Of a stretch of DNA of 64,000 nucleotides, positions 40,852 through 54,577 are shown in pieces (the stretch's first letter is position 1; each line of letters begins with the position of its first letter). Location: assembly GCA_963746875.1 (NCBI GenBank), contig CAVVDA010000005.1, positions 618,729 through 682,728 on the forward strand, given 5' to 3'. The stretch comes from Thermoanaerobaculia bacterium. GTDB taxonomy: Bacteria > Acidobacteriota > Thermoanaerobaculia > UBA5066. Under the pieces are notes generated by a model. That model was given only the letters and a program-made list of their open reading frames with translations. It was not told the DNA's origin and made no database searches. A program made the translations under genes and the position numbers.

Positions 40852-41537
40852 TCGAAGGCCTTCGGGCGCTTCGTGCGGGGCGCCACGTAGTCGTCGATGA
40901 GCTGGCTCGCGCTCTGCGGGAGCCGGAAGAAGCGGGCGCCGAAGCCGGAGCTCGGGCCATCGGTGCGCCGGACGACGATGACTTCGCCCGTCACGGTCTT
41001 GCCGGATCGGTCGTGGGGAAGCTTGAAGCTGATCTCGAGGCGCGCGCCGACGGGCTGAGGCTCGCTCGTCGCCGTGAAGAATCCCGACGAGGAGATGTCG
41101 GTGAGACGTCCCTCGGTCGGGGCTCCGTCGCGCCAGATCGCGACGGGCGCCTCGACCTTCACTCGCGGCGCCGCGCGCTCGAGAAGGGCGAGGAGCCGCC
41201 GGACCTCGGCGAGCACTTCCTCGGGCGCGGCATCTCCGGGGAAGACGTGGCCGGCCCCCGCCTGGCGGGCGGCTTCGGCGCGGTCCGGCGGTGCCAGGAC
41301 GAGCAGCGGGACATCGCGCGCGGCAGGGTCGGCGCGCACCGCCCGGACGGTCTCGAGCGCGCTTTCGGGATCCTGCTCGAGGTCCACGATGACGAGGGAA
41401 GGGCGGTGGGCCGCGACGGCGCGCACGGTCTCCTCCGCCGTGGCGACGTCCAGGAGCCTCCAGTCGCTCCGTCGGAGCCAGGACGGCCCCTCGGGCAGGC
41501 GCCTCCTCGCGCCTTCGAGAAGAAGAATCGTCGGCAT
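40848..41537 (-). CDS. Receiver-like domain plus PilZ domain protein
   Basis: ERAAPRV (RxxxR) and DISSSG (DxSxxG) PilZ motifs; degenerate REC domain at the N-terminus. Confidence 0.8.
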   Translation of the reverse strand: MPTILLLEGARRRLPEGPSWLRRSDWRLLDVATAEETVRAVAAHRPSLVIVDLEQDPESALETVRAVRADPAARDVPLLVLAPPDRAEAARQAGAGHVFPGDAAPEEVLAEVRRLLALLERAAPRVKVEAPVAIWRDGAPTEGRLTDISSSGFFTATSEPQPVGARLEISFKLPHDRSGKTVTGEVIVVRRTDGPSSGFGARFFRLPQSASQLIDDYVAPRTKRPKAFD

Positions 41538-41580
41538 GGGCGAATTTCGAGACCGAGTCTCGCCGCGAGTGTACCCGTTT

Positions 41581-43463
41581 TCACCAGGTCAGATTGAAGC
41601 CCGCCGGCGAACGTGCGGCGCGGCAGGGGGACGCGACGCGACCTCCTCGTAGCGGACGTTGCCGAGGTTCTCCCCGTCCACGAAGAACTCGAGGATGCGG
41701 CCCTGGAAGGCCTGCCACGAGAGGCGCGCGGACAGAAGCCAGACGCCGTCGGTGAAGCTCGGCCGGGAAAGGTACGAGAGGCGCGAGGCGAGCGAAAGCT
41801 CGAGCGGCAGGGCGATGCCCGCGAGGAGGTCCCACTTCGCGTGCAGCGGATCGAGCACGTACTTTCCCTGCGTCGCCCCGTCGGCCGCCGCCGACAGGCT
41901 CGCGAGATCGGCGAACGTGTACGCGGCCTGAACACGAAGCTGCGTCAGAAACGCGGGCCGCCCCCGAGTCCAGTCGGCCGAGGCCTCGACGCCGTCCGAC
42001 ACGGCCTCCCGCACGTTCCGCGCGTTCCAGGGCTCGTCCGGAGACGAGCGGACGAAGTCGATCAGGTCGGTCGCATGACGGTGGAAGTACGCGGCGTCGA
42101 GCGTGGCCGCTCCGACCGCGAGGGCGGCCCCCGCCTCGACTTGCCACGCCTTCTCGGGCCTCAGGTTCGGGTTGCCGACGTTCTGCGGGTCGACGTAATA
42201 GAGCTCCGTGAAGGACGGAACGCGGAAGCTCGAACCGAACGAGGCGCGAAGCGTGAGGGATTTCGCGGCGTCCCAGGCGACGCCCGGCGTACGGCGACAG
42301 GCGAGAGCCGTAGCCTTCGTACGTATCGGCGCGCAGCCCCGCGTGCAGGCCGGCCGTCGAGGGCGCGGCCGGGTCCCAGGCGCGCGCGAGCTCGGCGAAG
42401 AGCGCGCCGTGGTCGCGGCCATGGCTGCCGAGGTTCGTGGACGAGATCGTCTCGCGCCCGGCCTCGGCGCCGAACGCGAACGTGCCTCCGAGAAGGGCGT
42501 GTCGCGCGGCCGTGCGCAGGACGGACGCGACCGTGTCGTGGAGGTTCTCGTAGAACGCCGGGTCGCTCCGCTCGAGGACGAAGTCGTCGTGGTGCGCGCG
42601 CACGAACGCCGAGGGCGTCAGCGTCCAGCCGCCGAGGGCGAGAGTCGAGGAGAGCGCGGCCGTGCGCGTGCGCGTCGACTCCTGCTGGTTCGGATAGGCC
42701 GTTCCGTAGTACGCGTAGGCGCCGAAGTCCCGGCTCGCATAGCCGAGGCCGAGCGCCACGGGCCCCACGCCCGTGTCCCAGCGGCCGGAGACGCGCAGCA
42801 GGTCGGACGCGGACTCGGTGTCGTCGCGGAAGCCGGAGTTCTCGGTCCGGTGCCAGTCGACCGCCGCCGAGATGGACTCGCCGATGCGCATCGCGACGCG
42901 GGAGCCGCCGGCGTCGAGAGAGTGGCTGCCGTGGGAGTAGCGGCGTCTCGATCTGCATGTTCGACCGCCCGAGATCCGCCCCGCGCGTCACGATGTTCAC
43001 GACGCCGCCGACCGCGTTCGAGCCCCACAGCGCCGAGCCGCCTCCCGCGAGGACCTCGATCCGCTCGACCGCGTAGAGAGGCACGTCGAAATCCGCGGAG
43101 AGGTGGCCGCTCTGCGGATCGGTCATGGGCTGGCCGTCCACGAGGAGCAGCGTCCCGTTGAAGTCCGAGCCGCGAATCCCGACGTCGGCCTGCGTGCCGT
43201 TCAGGCCGCGCCTGCGCACGTCGGCCCCGAGGATCGTCTGAAGCACGTCGGGAAGGGATCGGACTCCCGGCATCGCGGCGATCTCCTCCCGCGTCACGAT
43301 CCGGACGGTGGCGGACGCGGGCGCGACGTCGAGGCGCGTCGCGACGACCGCCACCTCCTGCTTGACGCGCGGAGGGGCGGCCTCCTCCGGCGGCACGTCC
43401 TGCCCGGAAAGCAGCCTCGAAAAGAGCGCCGCACCGAGCGTCGACGCCGGCGAGGATTCTCAT
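41581..43463 (-). CDS. TonB-dependent outer-membrane receptor; frameshifted
   Basis: Plug (VAVVATR, IRGSDF, ERIEVLAGGGSALWGSNAVGGVVNIVTR), FRVPSFTELYY, GNPNLRPEK, C-terminus FNLTW. Confidence 0.9.
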
Positions 43464-43507
43464 GGGCGGGAGGATAGCGGATGGGTCCGGGGTTAAAGTC
43501 GCGGGGG

Positions 43508-44663
43508 ATGGACACGCTCACCCACGGCCTCGCCGGCGCCCTCCTCGCCCGCGCCTTGCCGTCCACGGGGGACGAGACTCTCGACCGCACGCTCGCGCGG
43601 CGCGAGGCCTGGGTCGGCTTCGCGGCGGCGATGTTCCCGGACGCGGACGTCTTCGTGTCGCCGTTCTCCGCCGAGTTCTACATCACGCAGCACCGCGCGT
43701 TCACCCACTCGTTCGTGACGCTGCCGGCGTGGGTCATCGTCCTGACGCCTGGTCGCCTCGATCCGCCTTTCGCCGGCGCTCGGCCCGCCCGGCGCGGCCG
43801 GCCGGCGCACCGCGATGCGGCGCCTGGGCTTCGTCGTCGCGCTCGCCCTCGCCTCGCACATTCTTCTCGACTGGATCACGTCGTGGGGCACGATGTTCCT
43901 GTCGCCGCTCTCGTGGGCGCGCTTCGCGCTCGACTGGACCTTCATCCTCGACGCGGCCCTGTCCGGGCTCCTGGTTCTCGGCCTCGTCGGGGTCCGCGCC
44001 GTCTCGAGGCGGTCGTTCCCGCGATCGAGAGTCGCGGCGCGCGCCGGCCTCCTCGCGGCGACCGCGTACGTCGGACTCTGCGGCGTCCGCCACGGGGAGG
44101 CCGTCGCGTCTCGGCCGGACCCTCGCGCCCCTGCTCCCAGGATCGCGCCGCGATTCCCCAGCCGGGATCGCCGGACCGCTGGCTCCTGCTTTCGGACGAC
44201 GGGTCCGCCGTGACCGCGACGTTCGTGGATCTCGGCAAGCGGGGCCGGGAGATCGCGCGGCCGCCGGAAGCGGACGAGCTCGCGCGCACGGGATTCCGCG
44301 GCGGCGCCCTGAACCTCCTGCGCCATCTCGACGGCGTCTACCGTTCGCGCGACGACCTCGCGCCGCGGGTCATCGACAAGGCGAACGGTCCCTTCGCGCG
44401 AGCGCACTCTCGAAAGCGGCATCGCCGGCGTGTTCGGCCGCTTCGCGCGATTCCCCGCCGCGCGCGAGGAGCGGCAGGGCGACTCCGTGGAGGTCCTCCT
44501 TCGGGACGTGCGCTTCGGCTACCTCTCGAAGGAGGTGGACCCGTTCACGTACATCGTCCGGTATTCGCTCCAGGGCCGGATCCTCTTCTCGGGCTTCCCG
44601 TCGTCACGCTGGAACCGCGAGGCCGCGCCGCGCGCGATCGGCGCCGCGCACGCCGCGAACTGA
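43508..44663 (+). CDS. Membrane metal-dependent hydrolase (YdjM family); frameshifted
   Basis: MDTLTH, FPDAD, HRAFTHS, SHILLDWITSWGT. Confidence 0.85.
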
Positions 44664-44673
44664 GAGGCCGGTC

Positions 44674-45447
44674 CTGGCGCGCACGCCGGTCCTCTTCGTC
44701 GGCCACGGCTCGCCGATGAACGCGATCGAGGACAACGAGTGGAGCCGCGGCTTCTCGGCCCTCGCGTCCCTCGTGCCATCGCCCGTCGCGATCCTCGCGG
44801 TGTCGGCGCACTGGGAGTCGGACGGCACGTTCACGACGCTCGACGACCCGCCGGCCACGATTCACGACTTCGGCGGCTTTCCGCCCGAGCTCTACGCGAT
44901 GCGGTATCCGGCGCCCGGCGACCCCGCCCTCGCCGCGCGCGCGGCCGCCCTGACGGGCGGCGCCGCGGCGGACGGCCGCGGCCTCGACCACGGGGCGTGG
45001 TCCGTCCTCCACCGGATGTATCCGGCGGCGAACGTGCCGGTCGTGCAGCTCTCGCTGGACGTCCGCGCGACCGCCGGCGAGCATCTCGCGCTCGGGCGCG
45101 CGCTCGCGCCGCTGCGCGACGAGGGCGTTCTCCTCCTCGCGAGCGGCAACCTGACGCACGACCTGAGGGACGCGTTCGGCCGGCTGCGCCGGGGCGACTC
45201 GACGACGCCGGACTGGGCCGCGCGCTTCGACGCGGGCGTCGCGCGCGCGCTCGAGGCGCGCGACGAGACGTGGCTCGTCCGCGCCCTCGATACGCCGAAG
45301 ACGGCCGCCGCGCGCACCCGACGGCGGAGCACTGGCTCCCGATCCTCTACGCGGCCGGCGCCTCGGACGCGCGCGACGCCGTGCAGCTTCCCGATCACGG
45401 GCTTCGACCTCGGGTCGCTCTCGATGCGGGCGGTCCTCTTCGGGTGA
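44674..45447 (+). CDS. DODA-type extradiol ring-cleavage dioxygenase (YgiD-like); start unclear, one frameshift
   Basis: FVGHGSPMN, SAHW, HDFGGFP, GLDHGAW, SGNLTH, HPTAEHWLP. Confidence 0.9.
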   Translation: MARTPVLFVGHGSPMNAIEDNEWSRGFSALASLVPSPVAILAVSAHWESDGTFTTLDDPPATIHDFGGFPPELYAMRYPAPGDPALAARAAALTGGAAADGRGLDHGAWSVLHRMYPAANVPVVQLSLDVRATAGEHLALGRALAPLRDEGVLLLASGNLTHDLRDAFGRLRRGDSTTPDWAARFDAGVARALEARDETWLVRALDTPKTAAARTRRRSTGSRSSTRPAPRTRATPCSFPITGFDLGSLSMRAVLFG

Positions 45448-45451
45448 GGGA

Positions 45452-45561
45452 TCACCAGAGAGTCTTCACGACGCCCGACTCTTCGATTCTCGAGTCCTTC
45501 GTCAGGAGCGGCAGGCCGAGGAAGAGCCTTGAGTGTACGTGACGACGGCGGTGTTACGCAC
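45452..45561 (-). pseudogene. Probable internally deleted PIN-domain (VapC-like) toxin remnant
   Basis: GTG start VRNTAVVTYT resembles the PIN N-terminal strand. It joins out of frame to LFLGLPLLTKDSRIEESGVVKTLW*, which resembles a VapC C-terminus. Only 110 nt long. Confidence 0.45.
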
Positions 45562-45757
45562 GGGAGGGTGCTCGGGCGGCGCTCTTCAGTCGCTTGCGCG
45601 TCCGCGGGGCGCCCAGGAGATCGGCACTCTCTCTTAGGGAATCGGCGAAGAGCTCGCGCAGCGTCCTGCTCGCCGCCACGAGATTCTCCTTCGATTCGTC
45701 GATTCGAATGTGGCCTACGACCGATCGCACACGAGACGGTGACCTGCCATTACTCAT
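45554..45757 (-). CDS. Small protein, possible antitoxin or antitoxin remnant
   Basis: 67-aa ORF whose stop overlaps the start of the VapC-like remnant by 8 nt; no family motif recognised with confidence. Confidence 0.35.
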   Translation of the reverse strand: MSNGRSPSRVRSVVGHIRIDESKENLVAASRTLRELFADSLRESADLLGAPRTRKRLKSAARAPSRA

Positions 45758-45766
45758 TCGATGACT

Positions 45767-46111
45767 TTACGACAATCCTTCCAAGCCGAAATGCTCCTTT
45801 ACGGCGCGCGAGCGAAAAGCGAGGAGCGAGAGCGCGGTCGCGAGGGCGACGGCCACGAGAATCAACGTCATGCGGAGGTACGGCGCGCCCGCCGCGCGGC
45901 GCTCCTCGGCGAGGAGCGCGAGCGTGCGCAGCCATTCGAGGGTCCCGAGGACGAGAGCACCCTGGACGATCCGTGCCGCCCACGGACGGCGCACGAACAG
46001 GATCGCGACGACGGCCAGGGCCGCAGCGACGAGGGCGAGGTGGCCGGCTCGCAGGAAGTGCGCGCCCAGGACCAGAAGGGCGAGGGCCGCAGGGAGGAGG
46101 CGCAGGGCCAT
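45767..46111 (-). CDS. Small membrane protein (about 4 TM)
   Basis: Hydrophobic 114-aa ORF (LVLGAHFLRAG, GTLEWLRT). Confidence 0.65.
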   Translation of the reverse strand: MALRLLPAALALLVLGAHFLRAGHLALVAAALAVVAILFVRRPWAARIVQGALVLGTLEWLRTLALLAEERRAAGAPYLRMTLILVAVALATALSLLAFRSRAVKEHFGLEGLS

Positions 46112-46118
46112 CCCGCGC

Positions 46119-46718
46119 CTAGGCCGCCCCGTGGACCGCGATCTCGACCTTCGGCGGGTGTGCGAGCGCGCGGGCCTCGACGTCGAGAAGCTCCTCGAGC
46201 CGTCTCTTTGCCGCTTCTTCGCCCGCGTGGGCGATCGCGAGGTCGAGATAGATGGGCCCGTGCCGGGCCTCGGCCTCGGCGAGCTCTCTGTAGAGCCTCG
46301 CGAGGCGCGTGTCTCCGAGGTGGCCGGAGAGGCGCTCGAACCTCTCGTGGCTGCGCGCCTCGATGATCGCCGCCACGAGAAGGAGGTCGAGGCCCCTCTC
46401 GGGCTCGCGCTCCTTTCGGCACGCGGCGCGGAGCTCGGCCACGTAGAAATTGCGTCGCGTCGTGAGCATCGGCGCGCCGAGGCGGCGCGCCTCGCGCGAG
46501 ACCTTGCGGAAGTGACGCAGCTCCTCGGCCGCGAGCGCGGAGAGGCGGTCGACGAGCGCCGGGCTCCGCGGGTACGTGCCGACGAGCGAGAGCGCCTGCA
46601 CCGACGCCTGCAGCTCGCAGACGGCGTGATCGGCGACGAAAGCGGGCAGATTCTCCGGCGCCGTGACGCGCGCCGCCCACGACTCGGGAGTTCTCGACCT
46701 CAGGCGGATCGCGCTCAC
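46119..46718 (-). CDS. miaE: tRNA ms2i6A37 hydroxylase MiaE-like (ferritin-like di-iron)
   Basis: DHAVCE, EELRHF, LVAAIIEARSHERF, EARH. Confidence 0.85.
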   Translation of the reverse strand: MSAIRLRSRTPESWAARVTAPENLPAFVADHAVCELQASVQALSLVGTYPRSPALVDRLSALAAEELRHFRKVSREARRLGAPMLTTRRNFYVAELRAACRKEREPERGLDLLLVAAIIEARSHERFERLSGHLGDTRLARLYRELAEAEARHGPIYLDLAIAHAGEEAAKRRLEELLDVEARALAHPPKVEIAVHGAA

Positions 46719-47762
46719 AGGACGGGCGCGGGGGCGGATCCCGTCCCGGGGCCGGGCGACACGGCCGCGGGCGCCGGCGAGGAGGCTTTCGCTTCGCTCG
46801 AGCGCCTGAGATAGGACGAAGCCGCGCCGAGGTGCCCGGCGCGCGTCAGGATCCGGAGGAGGACGACGAGCTGCTGGCCGGCGAAGATCAGGACGAAATC
46901 GCCGAGCTCGCTTGCCGTCCCAGACGGGACCGAGGAACAGCCACGCGAGGAGCGGCAGGAGGCCGAGGGCGCCGAAGAGGACTTCGAGCGCCAGCGTGCG
47001 GACGGGCCTTCCGAGGACGAACCCGAGGCCGCGCATCAGCGCGTTGATCGGATTCCCGGTCCCCTGGCCCAGGGCCGCGCGCGCGTAGAGGACGACGAGC
47101 CGGATGTAACCCGCCACGAGGAGGAAGAGTCCGAGCCGGAGAAGGAGAAGCCCGACGGCCTCCCACTCGTACCGCAGCTCGTCGGGCTCGTAGAGCGTGC
47201 CCGTGGCCGCGTAGAGGAAGCGGTACGCGGCCAGGATCCCCGCGAGCGAAAGCGCTCCGAGGAGGAGAGACGGGACCGCGAAACGCGCGGCGTCCGCTCC
47301 GAACGCGGCGAAGCTCGCGCGCTCGCGCTCGGCGCCGAAGCGTCCGGCGAAGCCGCCGGAGAAGAGGGCCGCGAGAAGGGCCGCGAGCGCCCCGAAGCCC
47401 GCGGCCGAGCCCGAGAGGCCGGACGTGCGGAAGAAGCCCGAGAGGGGCGCCGGCTGCTGCGAGGCCCTTCGCTCCTGACGCTCGCCCGTCACGGCCTCGT
47501 CCCATTTCGAGAGGTCGCCGAATACGTCGGGGCGCGTGCGCGTGAACGACGTGAAGAACGTGTGGAGGTCCGCGTTGCCCGCCGCGAGCCGCTCGGCCCA
47601 CGGGCTCTTGTCGAGCGTCTGCCGGAGCGCGGACGCCAGCGGATGCGTGAAGGCGAACGCGAGCGCCGCGTTCAGGACGAGGAAGAGCAGGAGCGCCTTC
47701 CACGTCTCGAGGGCCGAGACGAGACCGCGCGTCGCGAGGACGAGGACGGAATCGCGCCTCAT
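46715..47762 (-). CDS. Polytopic membrane protein coupled to the M1 peptidase; frameshift near 46900
   Basis: ATGA overlap upstream and GTGA overlap downstream; several hydrophobic helices. Confidence 0.65.
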
Positions 47763-49780
47763 GCGGCCCCCGCGAAGCCCAGCAGCGAGAAGAGCTCGAG
47801 GACGTTCTGCGCCCAGAAGCGCAGGCGGGCCGTCCAGCGGCGCGAGGCGGCGGGCGCCTCCTCCGTGAGGCGTCCGTTGTTGAGCGGGTTCGCAGTCGAG
47901 GAGGCACTTGCGGTCCGGGTCGACCTCCACCGAGACGAGCTTCGGGCCCGTGGCGCGGTAGCGGATCCAGCGCTCGTCGCCGATCCACGGGCGGCGGATC
48001 CGCGTGCCGTCGGCGAAGCGCAGCTCGACCTCGACCGGCCACGACGCCTCGCCGAGCCGTTGGACCACGGCGATCGACTCCCAGCCGCCCGCGCTCGTCC
48101 TTCGGAATCACGAGCGTGCGCGCGTCGCCTTCACCCGTGTATCCGGTCAGCGGCCGCGCGCGGCGCGTGGACGCCGACGTCACGGCGTAGTCCACGGGGC
48201 CCGCCGCGCTCCAGACCCCCGCGATCGCGCGGGCCGCCGCCTCGCCCGCGACCTCGCGGACCACCGCCACGAAGTCCGCCGACGTCGGGTGCTTGAAGGC
48301 CCAGCGCGTCGCGTACGTCTTCATGACCTTCGCCCACGTCTTCTCGCCGAACGTGCGCTCGGCGGAGGCGAGGAGGAGGGCCGTGCGGTTGTAGGCGTTC
48401 GCGCGCACGGCGTTGCCGTCGAGCTGGCGGAAGGACGGCACGTCCGTCGCGTCCGACCGCGAGGACTGCACCCAGCGGTGATAGCGCTCGTGTATCGCGA
48501 GCGGCGTGGGAACGGAGGGAAACACGACGGGAAGCCCGAAGAACCGCACGACGAGCGACGGGTCGCCGAACGCGGCCTTCTGCTGCGCGGAGCGTCGCGT
48601 ACGTGTTGAAGCCCTCGTCGAGATGCGCTTCCTCGAACTCGTTCGAGGCGAGCATCCCGTAGAACACCTGGTGGCCGAACTCGTGAATCGTGACGCCTTC
48701 GGGGGAATGCGCGGCCGCGGGCGCGAGCCAGCGCGCGCCGCCCACGAAGAGCGTCGGGTACTCCATGCCCTCCGTATGGCTGCCCCACGGCGGGTCCACG
48801 ACGGTGATCAGGGGATAGGGATACGGGAGGTACCGCGTGCCGTAGTCCGCGAGGGCGGCCTTGACGGCCTTGAGATACCGGTCCCGCACGCGGCGGTGGT
48901 CGGGCTGCAGGAGGAGGACGATGTCGACGTTCGGAAGGCCGGGCGCGCTGAACGTGTCGCGCACGACCTCGAAGCGCGGGCAGGCCGTGAAGGCGAAGTC
49001 GTGCACGTCCTCCGCCATGAAGCGCACGCGCACGAGGTCGCCCGGAATCTCGGTCTCTTCCTTGAGGACGCCCGTCGCGCCGACGCGGCCCTTGACGGCC
49101 TTCGGCAGGGTGAGCGTCACGTCGTAGTCGCCGAAGTCCGCGAAGAACTCGGTCGCGGCGTGGAACTGGTGCGCGTTCCATCCGGCGTCGGTCGCGACGC
49201 CCAGCTTCGGGAACCACTGGGCGCCGAGAAGGTAGTCGTCCTTCCAGCCCGTGCGCGCCACGGCGCGCGGAAACCTGCCCTCCCAGTCCACGCGAAAGAC
49301 GAGCGTCTCGCCGGGCGCGACCGGCCGCGGCAGCGCGACCGAGACGAGCGTCCGGTCGTCGGGATTGCCGTCGTCGGGCGAGAGATACTGCAGCGACGGC
49401 GTCAGATCGGTGCCGTCCTCGAGGGCGATGCGGTGGATCTCGGAAAAGCCCCACCGGCTCGCCTCCTTCGCGCGCACCCCCCGGTCGCCCCTTCCGCCGC
49501 CGCGCGCCTGCTCGGTGAGCCACGTGGAGCGGTCGTTCTTCCAGGCGTTCAGGTAGAGGTGGAGCCTGAGATCCTCGAACGAGAACCGCGTGCGGTTCGT
49601 GAAGCGCACCGTTTCCCGGCCCGTGATGCCGTGCTCGGCATTCACCTGCGCCTCGATCGTGTAGGACGCGACCGGAGGGACGCGCGGCCCCGCGTCGGCG
49701 CGGGCCGGAACGAGCGCGGCGGCGACCATGGCGAAGAGAGCGGAAGCGGGAGAGAGCGTCCGCGGGCGCAGGGTCGTCAC
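47759..49780 (-). CDS. Secreted M1-family metallo-aminopeptidase; frameshifted
   Basis: EGMEYPT, HEFGH...DEGFNTY (HExxH-18-E), ILRYATRWAFKHP-like motif. Confidence 0.92.
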
Positions 49781-49843
49781 GAGCGCGGATGCTAGCAGGG
49801 GAGGCGGGTTCTCCCGGGGCGGCGCGCCGGCTTCGCATCCTAG

Positions 49844-53451
<3,608 letters not shown>

Positions 53452-53507
53452 GCGCGCCTCACGTGCTCCTGACCGCGGAGTTATCCTTCGCGGGACAGGA
53501 GGACCCG

Positions 53508-53724
53508 ATGGACATTCCGATGAAGGTCTACGTGACCTGCCCGATGGCGGAGCTCAAACAGGTGCCCGGGATGCTCATCTCCGTCTCGCCGCACGGCTTC
53601 TACGAGATCAACCTGAACTACGGCTCGAACACGCACCTCATCCTGGTGCCCGATCGAGGGGACCGCGCTGACCGCGCAGGAGCCCGTCCTGAGCCCGGCG
53701 CCGAGCTTCGAGGTCGAGCGCTAG
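53508..53724 (+). CDS. Small hypothetical protein; one frameshift near 53650
   Basis: AGGAGG RBS; MDIPMKVYVTCPMAELKQVPGMLISVSPHGFYEI...; reconstructed end ...PSFEVER*. Confidence 0.55.
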
Positions 53725-53758
53725 GACGAGCTGCTCGGCTTCCGCGCAGGTTCGCCGG

Positions 53759-54567
53759 GTGAAGGGGACGCTCGCCGCCGCGCTTCTCGTCGTCGTCGGT
53801 CTGTTCCTTCTCCTGCGCGTCCTCGCCCGCTCGATCACCTTTCCACGCCCGCGCGTCCGGATGCCGGAAGAGAGCGAGCTCGCGAGGCACGTTCCGAACG
53901 CCCGCCTCGTGGCGTACGCGACCGCCGGGGGGATTCCTTCGAAAGGGATCCTCGTCAGGGCCGGTCCCGGCGCCGAGGCCGCGGGTTCTCTACTTTCACG
54001 GAAACGCGGAATCCGCCGATGCAGAACCTGCCGCTCGCGGAGGAGCTCGCGCGTCAGCGGCATCGACACGTTCCTGGCGGAGTACCGCGGCTATTCGGGG
54101 CTGCCCGGCCGGCCGACGGAGGCCGGGCTGTACCAGGATGCCGAGGCCGCGCTCAGACGCGTTCGGCGAGGGGCGCTGACTGCCCGGTCTCGTCTTCGTG
54201 GGCCGGTCGCTCGGCTCGGGCGTCGCCGTCGAGATCGCGTCCCGCCGGCCGCCGCGCCTCCTGATCCTCGTCTCGCCGTACACGTCGCTCGTGGACATGG
54301 GCCGTTCCCTCGTCGGTCCGCTGGCTCCGGTTCTCGTCCCCGACCGGTTCGACAACCTCTCGAAGATCGCGGCCTTGACGTGCCCGATCGTCATCGTTCA
54401 CGGAACGCGCGACGAGGTCGTGCCGTTCGAGATGGGCCGGCGCCTCGCCGCGGCCGGACGGAACGTGCGGTTCATCCCGCTCGAAGGGCGCACGCACAAC
54501 GATCTGCCGGAGCTCCCGCGCCTGCTCGTGACGAGATCCGCCGCGCGCCGTTCGGATCCCGGGCTGA
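53759..54567 (+). CDS. Alpha/beta hydrolase (ABHD17-like); frameshifted, end approximate
   Basis: [17 protein letters not shown] nucleophile elbow, [12 protein letters not shown]. Confidence 0.85.
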
Positions 54568-54577
54568 GCGCGGCGCG

